Origin: an uncultured archaeon
Lineage (GTDB): Archaea; Asgardarchaeota; Lokiarchaeia; Sigyniarchaeales; Promethearchaeaceae
Assembly: GCA_964426185.1 (NCBI GenBank)
Contig: CAYRPF010000001.1
Location: forward strand, 57,127-62,227
Reading direction: 5' to 3'
Length of the DNA stretch: 5,101 bases
A program made the position numbers and the translations under genes. Positions 1 through 5,101 of this stretch are shown piece by piece (the first letter of the stretch is position 1; each line of letters begins with the position of its first letter). The notes under the pieces are model-generated. The model saw only the letters and a list, made by a program, of their open reading frames with translations. It was not told the origin of the DNA and ran no database searches.

Positions 1-90
1 AAAAATCAAATGACAAATTTCATGCTTCGTGATGAGAGAAATAATCGCAGTTTGAATAAAATTCTACATGTTAGAACAACGGAGAAGTAA
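1..90 (+). CDS. Possible 3' end of an upstream gene (partial, unknown product)
   Basis: Frame +1 is open from base 1 to TAA at 88-90 (KNQMTNFMLRDERNNRSLNKILHVRTTEK*), while frames +2 and +3 stop by about base 32. No recognisable motif. Confidence 0.3.
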   Translation, partial: KNQMTNFMLRDERNNRSLNKILHVRTTEK

Positions 91-196
91 TTTAGAACAT
101 TGTAAAAATATGAGAAATAACTTCCACAATGTAAATAAACTGACATTATTTGTAAAATACATTAGGATAATTAACTGGGATGCATTACATTTCAAT

Positions 197-796
197 ATGG
201 TGGAAAGTATTACGATTTTCTGTTCTTCCAGCGATGCCATCGATGAGAAATATTTTAAAGTAGCAGAAAAAATGGGGAAATTAATTATAAAGGAAAAAAT
301 CAATTTGGTATATGGAGGTTCTGCAGTAGGATTAATGGGACGCTTGGCTAAAACTGTATTAGAACATGGAGGGCACGTAATTGGAGTAATTCCTAAAAAA
401 ATCTCTCAAAGAGTTCCACACTTAGAACATTATCATGAACTTATTGTAACGGATACCATGCGGGAAAGAAAAGCCGTAATGGAATCCCGAGCCGATGCTT
501 TCGTTGCATTGCCGGGGGGATTTGGTACTTTAGAAGAGCTGATTGAAATCATAACTTTGAAACAATTGCAGTATCACCACAAACCTGTTGTTATTCTTAA
601 TTCATTCGGGTGTTTTAATCATCTTCTAGATCATTTTGAATTTTTATTTCAAAATTCATTTGCAAAATCTCAATATCGAGCACTTTATCATGTAGCTGAA
701 ACACCAGAGGCAGTGTTTGATTACCTTAATCAATACTTTCCCACCGAATTTGAAAGCAAATGGTATCTAACCAAAGATGGATTTGAATCTTCTTGA
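197..796 (+). CDS. LOG (Lonely Guy) family nucleotide/cytokinin riboside 5'-monophosphate phosphoribohydrolase (TIGR00730-like Rossmann fold)
   Basis: Family motifs present: ITIFCSSS, LVYGGSAVGLMG, VIGVIP, TMRERKAVM, AFVALPGGFGTLEE (PGGxGTxxE), QLQYHHKPVVILN. The likely start is ATG 197 (MVESITIF..., 199 aa, typical family length). The track's extension to 68 lies before the first family motif. Confidence 0.93.
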   Translation: MVESITIFCSSSDAIDEKYFKVAEKMGKLIIKEKINLVYGGSAVGLMGRLAKTVLEHGGHVIGVIPKKISQRVPHLEHYHELIVTDTMRERKAVMESRADAFVALPGGFGTLEELIEIITLKQLQYHHKPVVILNSFGCFNHLLDHFEFLFQNSFAKSQYRALYHVAETPEAVFDYLNQYFPTEFESKWYLTKDGFESS

Positions 797-828
797 AATT
801 TTTCAAAATTTGTTTTCCTTATGATCCA

Positions 829-843
829 TATGGAATTTTCATA
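829..843. promoter_or_regulatory. Putative operator, imperfect palindrome TATG-N7-CATA (copy 1)
   Basis: TATGGAATTTTCATA matches the reverse complement of 972-986 at 13 of 15 positions. Confidence 0.3.
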
Positions 844-971
844 TACTGAAGGATCCGTATGAATTCTATGGGAAATCCATTTCATACCCATAATCTCTTC
901 TCTTAATTAGAAAGATTTCTTCTTTGTTATAAGGAAATTACTTCATAAAGTCGTATTGCTAAAGAATCTTC

Positions 972-986
972 TATGAAATTACCATA
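972..986. promoter_or_regulatory. Putative operator, imperfect palindrome TATG-N7-CATA (copy 2)
   Basis: TATGAAATTACCATA ends 25 nt upstream of ATG 1012, just before a purine-rich AAAAGGGGGGT stretch. Confidence 0.3.
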
Positions 987-1011
987 AAAAGGGGGGTAAA
1001 TAAACACTAAA

Positions 1012-1800
1012 ATGGTCTGGCACGAAATTATTTATTCAATATGTGTAGGTTCATTAATTGCAGGGGTTATACTAGTTGCTGTTTTATTGATTTTTTCCAT
1101 GAGTGCGTTATCCGGTAATCATGAAATAGATCAAGCTAGTTCGGGGGATTTAGACCATGATGTGAATCTGGATCACGATGTTAGTATCGATCACGATGTT
1201 AGTATCGATCACGATGTTAGTATCGATAGTATTGATCACGATGTTAGTATCGATCACGATGTTAGTATCGATAGTATTGATCACGATGTCAGTATTGATC
1301 ACGACGTTCCTATCGATCATGACATTAATGTTGGCCATGAACTCAATTTAGGGCATAATTTGCCTGATTATATAGAAACTAAGGGAAAAACTCCACTTTC
1401 TCTTCGGTTTTCGCTGTTTTTACTTTGGTTTGGCGCGGCAGGAACGTTCCTATATGATTTTTTATCACTTAAAATCCTTTGGATCGCCCTTACTATTTTG
1501 GTCTCAATAGGGTTTTCAATTCTTTTATCAAAAGTTTGGGAAAATATTGCCAGAAACACCATGTATAGAGTGCGGTTAGGAAATGAATTACTCGGTCGGC
1601 AAGTAACGGTAAAAATTCCAGTGTCAAATGAAGGTGGAGTGATTTCAGTAAATACTCATGATTCGGTACAGATGTTGGCGGCTCGCACACTTAACCCATT
1701 AGGTTACTACTATCCCGGTGATCAAGTTTATATCTGCAAGGTAGAGAACCAAGTTTATTATGTAGATTTAGATCCTGCGAACATTCAATATAATCGGTGA
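1012..1800 (+). CDS. YqiJ/YuaF/NfeD-like membrane protein with OB-fold C-terminus (flotillin partner), containing a His/Asp hexapeptide repeat
   Basis: Architecture: N-terminal hydrophobic helix (IIYSICVGSLIAGVILVAVLLIF), Asp/His-rich linker, TPLSLRFSLFLLWFGAAG helix, a further helix (ILWIALTILVSIGFSILLS), then a short beta-rich domain (LLGRQVTVKIPV..GVISV..AART..PGDQVYICKVENQVYYV) resembling the NfeD-C OB fold. It lies directly upstream of an SPFH gene, as in yqiJ-yqiK and yuaF-floT. Confidence 0.8.
   Translation: MVWHEIIYSICVGSLIAGVILVAVLLIFSMSALSGNHEIDQASSGDLDHDVNLDHDVSIDHDVSIDHDVSIDSIDHDVSIDHDVSIDSIDHDVSIDHDVPIDHDINVGHELNLGHNLPDYIETKGKTPLSLRFSLFLLWFGAAGTFLYDFLSLKILWIALTILVSIGFSILLSKVWENIARNTMYRVRLGNELLGRQVTVKIPVSNEGGVISVNTHDSVQMLAARTLNPLGYYYPGDQVYICKVENQVYYVDLDPANIQYNR
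1153..1350 (+). repeat. In-frame coding tandem repeat, 18-bp unit GATCACGATGTTAGTATC (DHDVSI), with a 45-bp higher-order duplication
   Basis: Exact units start at 1171, 1189, 1207, 1234 and 1252. Diverged units start at 1153, 1279, 1297, 1315 and 1333. Half-units GATAGTATT (DSI) sit at 1225 and 1270. Bases 1189-1233 are identical to 1234-1278. Confidence 0.97.
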
Positions 1801-1912
1801 TATTTCTAATTTTTTTTAATTATATATCATTAAAATGCAATTTTTTTTTTATCAAACACTTCAAATTAAATACTTCAAAAATGAAAAAACAAAAAAAAGA
1901 AGGAACAAAATA

Positions 1913-3109
1913 ATGGCAGAATTCAGTATTGGTACAGCAGGAATTGTGATCTTGGTCGTATTGACCTTGATTTTAATTGCTGTTTTTTTTGCATCTCGCT
2001 ATCGTAAATTTAAAACCAACGATTATGTGATCCATCTCCGTAACGGCAAAGTTCATTCTGCTGGAAGAGGTGGGAAAATTATTAAATTTCCCTTAATTGA
2101 TGAAATCGTAGTGATTCCGACCACAACACGAAAAACACTCTTGAATTCCAGCGAAAAGATTCTTTCGAGAGAATTCCAAGATGTTAAGATATCTGCAATT
2201 TTATATTGGAAGGTTTCAAACCCTCAAACTGCCTTTAATGCGGTTCAATGGGATCCAAGGTCAACTGATTATGTAGAGAAAATTCTTAGTACAGCTACTG
2301 AAGCAATCATCCGAACCACTTGTGCATCTTTGGCAATTGAGAAAATAATCTGCGAACGCACAGAAATTATTAAGTTAATTACCGATCAACTTTTAAACCT
2401 CACACGTGATTGGGGTATTGTTATCGAGAGCTTGGAAATCATAGAAGTTCAAGTCATCGATTCGGATTTAAAAGAAAACATGGAAGCCATCAAAAAAATC
2501 GAAGAAAAACGCAAAGCCAAGCTTTCTGAAGCTAATGCTATGGAAAAATATCGACTTCGGGAAATTGAAGTAGCTCGAATGGCGGGAGTGGCGGAAAAAA
2601 ATGCCCAGATTCAAATTCAGCAAGAAGAAATGAAGAGAATGGAGATTGAAGCAGACGCATATCGTAAAGCCACGGTATTAAGAGCGAAAGCAGATGCAGA
2701 AGCCATTCGAATGAAGAAATTGGCTGAATATCAAGCTGAAGCTGAAGGTATTCGACAGAAAATGACGGCGGAAGCAGAGGGTTTAGAAAAACAAGTAGCG
2801 GCAATTTCGAAAGCCGATCCAAATTTCATTACATTAAAGATGTTGGAGAGATTACCTGAAGTTTATTCCAAACTGGCACCCGAGAAAATGATTGTAATGG
2901 GCGAAGGAAATAACAGTTTCAATTCACTTATCACTAGTATTCTTCCGATGATGGAATTACTTCCCGATTTTCGTAATTACATTACAAAAAGAGATGATGC
3001 TGAGCAAAAACAAAAAGATAAGCTTAAAAAATCAAAAAAGGATGAATTTCCATTGGAAGTTTTGATTCCAGCCGAACCCAGTCCGAAAAAGAGGGTTAAA
3101 GCAGTATAG
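1913..3109 (+). CDS. SPFH (Band 7)/flotillin-like membrane protein
   Basis: Single N-terminal TM helix (GIVILVVLTLILIAVFF) followed by basic RYRKFK. SPFH domain features include ILSREFQDVKISAILYWKVSNP, EAIIRTTCASLAIEKIICER and DWGIVIESLEIIEV. An Ala/Glu-rich coiled coil carries flotillin-type ADAEA/AEAEG/AEAEG motifs, followed by LERLPEVYSKLAPEKMIVMG. Likely start is ATG 1913 (398 aa), preceded by GAAGGA at 1899-1904. Confidence 0.92.
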   Translation: MAEFSIGTAGIVILVVLTLILIAVFFASRYRKFKTNDYVIHLRNGKVHSAGRGGKIIKFPLIDEIVVIPTTTRKTLLNSSEKILSREFQDVKISAILYWKVSNPQTAFNAVQWDPRSTDYVEKILSTATEAIIRTTCASLAIEKIICERTEIIKLITDQLLNLTRDWGIVIESLEIIEVQVIDSDLKENMEAIKKIEEKRKAKLSEANAMEKYRLREIEVARMAGVAEKNAQIQIQQEEMKRMEIEADAYRKATVLRAKADAEAIRMKKLAEYQAEAEGIRQKMTAEAEGLEKQVAAISKADPNFITLKMLERLPEVYSKLAPEKMIVMGEGNNSFNSLITSILPMMELLPDFRNYITKRDDAEQKQKDKLKKSKKDEFPLEVLIPAEPSPKKRVKAV

Positions 3110-3135
3110 ATAATGCAATTTATTCCAATTCACCA

Positions 3136-3176
3136 TTTTTTAGAACTTTTTTTAACTTTTTTTTCATTCTTTCTTA
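3136..3176 (+). terminator. Oligo-T tract cluster, putative hairpin-less terminator
   Basis: Several consecutive T runs of 6-8 nt within about 65 nt downstream of the SPFH stop codon, with no GC-rich stem-loop visible. Confidence 0.4.
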
Positions 3177-3252
3177 TACCGCAATATTTACTGTAAATCC
3201 TAAAATAGTGTGGTTGATTGAGTTATGTATTAAAAACAAGGATAATTTTAAC

Positions 3253-4101
3253 ATGCCAGAAGCTGAGATAGTAAAGAAACATGCCGCAATAAAAAATCGC
3301 CCAAATACTATATCCAGTTTAACGAAGGATCTTAAGAAATTAGGTGTACAACTTGGAGATATAATCTTAGTGCACTCTTCTTTATCCGCTTTAGGTTGGA
3401 CCTCAGGAAATGCCGTAGCAGTAATCGAGGCACTTAGGAAAGTAGTGGGACCGGCAGGAACAATCGTAATGCCTACCCATACTTCTGAGAATAGTGACCC
3501 GACCAATTGGCAACACCCGCCTGTTCCTGAATCTTGGTGGGAAATAATTAAAAAAGAATCCCCTCCCTATGATCCACTTATAACTCCCACCAGAATGATG
3601 GGTACAATCGCCGAGACTTTTAGAAAATACCCTGGGGTGTTAAGAAGCAATCATCCTCAAGGTTCTTTTGCCGTTCTTGGTCCCTATGCCGCCGAAATCA
3701 TAAAAGATCACCAATACACCCCAGAATTTGGCAAAGGATCACCCATTGATAAATTATACCATCTAAATGCAAAAATTATTCTGCTGGGAGTAGATCATCA
3801 AAATAATACTAGCCTGCATTATGCTGAATGGAAGGCTATTCTTCCAAATAAACCATACCGTAAACAAGGTACAGCAATTCTTGAGGAAGGAAGAAGAAAA
3901 TGGATAGAATATGAAGATATTGATTACAATGATGAAGATTTCATGAAGCTTGGAAAGGAATATGAAAATTCAAACCTCCCATTTTCTATCGGGAAAGTGG
4001 GTATTGGCACTGCAAAAATCTTTCTGATGAAAAATTTGGTCGATTTTGCTGTTAATTGGATGGAAAAGAACAGAGCATTAAATAAATCACAAAATAATTA
4101 G
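3253..4101 (+). CDS. AAC(3)/YokD-family N-acetyltransferase (Antibiotic_NAT, aminoglycoside N3-acetyltransferase-like)
   Basis: Motifs: DLKKLGV..GDIILVHSSLSALGW, GTIVMPTHT, PTNWQHPPVPESWW, MGTIAETFRKYPGVLRSNHPQGSF, FGKGSP, ILLGVDHQNNTSLHYAEW, GRRKWIEYEDID. Likely start is ATG 3253 (MPEAEIV..., 282 aa) rather than GTG 3208. Confidence 0.93.
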   Translation: MPEAEIVKKHAAIKNRPNTISSLTKDLKKLGVQLGDIILVHSSLSALGWTSGNAVAVIEALRKVVGPAGTIVMPTHTSENSDPTNWQHPPVPESWWEIIKKESPPYDPLITPTRMMGTIAETFRKYPGVLRSNHPQGSFAVLGPYAAEIIKDHQYTPEFGKGSPIDKLYHLNAKIILLGVDHQNNTSLHYAEWKAILPNKPYRKQGTAILEEGRRKWIEYEDIDYNDEDFMKLGKEYENSNLPFSIGKVGIGTAKIFLMKNLVDFAVNWMEKNRALNKSQNN

Positions 4102-4136
4102 CAAAAAAAAACATGTAGCAGGAATTTTTACAAGAA

Positions 4137-5101
4137 GTGGTGAATCGAAAAATAAACGAACAGAAATCCTTTGAAAATCGAGAAATGGAAGTATCTTCAC
4201 CTTCTTCTAATATTCTCGGAAAACAGCAAAAATTAATACTATCTATAATTGTTTTCGTTAATTTTCTCCGTGTTTTGGGTGGAACCGCGATTTCGATGGG
4301 GTTACCTGGGTTTATATTGATTTTACAAGGAGAAATAACCATTTATGGTTTGATCTTGGCCGTTTATACATATACCCAGACAATTTTCCAAACACCAATC
4401 GCCTTTTTATCCGGATCGAATTGGCAGAAAAAAGATGTTGATAGGTGGAATGTTAGTATTTCTAACAGGAACAATTCTATGCAGTGTTACAGTAAATTTA
4501 ATTCAATTAATTATTTTTCGCGCCATTCAAGGTTTGGGTGCTTATTCATCGATTTTACTCACCATAAACACGGATTCTTTCGAAGATAAAGCCCGTTCAA
4601 AAGCGATTTCGTATTATTCAGCTTCACTTTCTGGCGGTTATTTAATCGGTACCATGTTGGGGGGTATTCTTTCAGAATTTATTGGAATCAGGGGAGTATT
4701 TTATGTATGCGCCAGGTTGATAACTATGGCACTAGCTGCGATTATTTTTCTTGTGCCAGAAACAGCTCCAATGAGAGCATTTCCTTCAAGTAAATTAGAT
4801 GAATTAAATGAACCTAAAAAAAGAGATTCGGATTTAGATTTAGGCGAATTAAAAGGGCGATGGAAATTCGTCATCAAAAGAAGGTTTTTATTCGGGGTGC
4901 CTTAATTTTAGTACCTCTCTCCCTTTTTTATATTTTAGGGATAAAAATTGCCCCAAAAATTTCCAAAAGTAAAGGATTTTTGTGGTTGTTAGGAAAAGCA
5001 ACCTTTATATTTGTATTTGCAGGAATATTGCCAATTTTACACAAAAACATTTACCAGAGCATGCCAGAGGCACGGGAAACGGCATCTATAATACTATGGG
5101 G
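4137..5101 (+). pseudogene. Major Facilitator Superfamily transporter, disrupted (frameshifts, probable internal deletions); runs off the window end
   Basis: TM1-2 lie in the 4137 frame. Removing one base from CCGG (4411-4414) restores motif A (AFLSDRIGRKK) and joins it to the 4435 frame, which has IFRAIQGLG, RSKAISYYSASLSGGYLIGTMLGGIL and FLVPE. That frame stops at 4903-4905. MFS-like sequence resumes in the first frame near 4899 (ALILVPLSLFYILGIKIAPKISKSKGFLWLLG...). This could be a sequencing or assembly error rather than a true pseudogene. The start may be GTG 4137 or ATG 4185. Confidence 0.8.

Noticed and set aside
68-196. N-terminal extensions given by the ORF track (68-196, also 1835-1912 and 3208-3252)
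   Set aside because: They lie before the first family motifs and cover AT-rich intergenic-looking sequence. The downstream ATGs at 197, 1913 and 3253 give family-typical lengths.
197-796. LOG/SLOG domain as part of an anti-phage nucleotide-signalling system (Thoeris-like), or as a lysine decarboxylase
   Set aside because: It is a stand-alone classical LOG with no TIR, SIR2 or effector neighbours in the window. 'Lysine decarboxylase' is a known misannotation of this family.
1171-1318. Eight GATC sites in about 150 bp, suggesting an oriC, iteron or methylation switch
   Set aside because: They are fully explained by Asp-His codons (GAT CAY) in the amplified unit. I saw no DnaA/ORB boxes or replication genes.
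1153-1332. CRISPR-like array
   Set aside because: The units are contiguous 18-mers without unique spacers, they are in frame within a CDS, and no cas genes are present.
1150-1338. Antisense 62-aa ORF with (IDTNIV)n repeats
   Set aside because: It is a shadow of the stop-free tandem repeat, begins and ends with the repeat, and has no independent support.
2735-2782. AEAEG repeated at 11-residue spacing in the SPFH protein
   Set aside because: This is an ordinary feature of flotillin coiled coils, and the two copies are diverged at the nucleotide level.
64-4342. Other minus-strand ORFs (64-303, 1368-1562, 1493-1690, 2538-2822, 3174-3506, 4052-4342)
   Set aside because: They are short, overlap well-supported plus-strand genes and show no recognisable motifs.
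4428-4434. AAAAAAG dnaX/IS-type slippery heptamer as a programmed frameshift joining the MFS halves
   Set aside because: The shift needed is +1, the heptamer is out of phase for -1 slippage from the upstream frame, and shifting here would lose the DRIGR of motif A. The lesion maps upstream, at 4411-4414.

Overview
AT-rich prokaryotic window with five co-oriented (+ strand) genes: (1) a LOG-family (TIGR00730-like, PGGxGTxxE) phosphoribohydrolase; (2) a YqiJ/YuaF/NfeD-like membrane protein with a C-terminal OB-fold, carrying a recently expanded 18-bp tandem repeat that encodes (I/L)-D-H-D-V-S hexapeptides; (3) an SPFH/flotillin-like protein, the usual partner of (2); (4) an AAC(3)/YokD-family (Antibiotic_NAT) acetyltransferase; (5) an MFS transporter broken into three reading frames by a +1 frameshift inside motif A and apparently two internal deletions. 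I see no RNA genes, transposases or CRISPR arrays. The most interesting signals are the His/Asp hexapeptide array in the flotillin partner, which fits the left-handed beta-helix consensus and could be a length-variable metal-binding module, paired TATG-N7-CATA boxes upstream of that gene pair, and the damaged MFS gene. Oligo-T tracts without hairpins hint at an archaeal host, but that is inference only. All family calls come from motif recognition by eye, without database searches.
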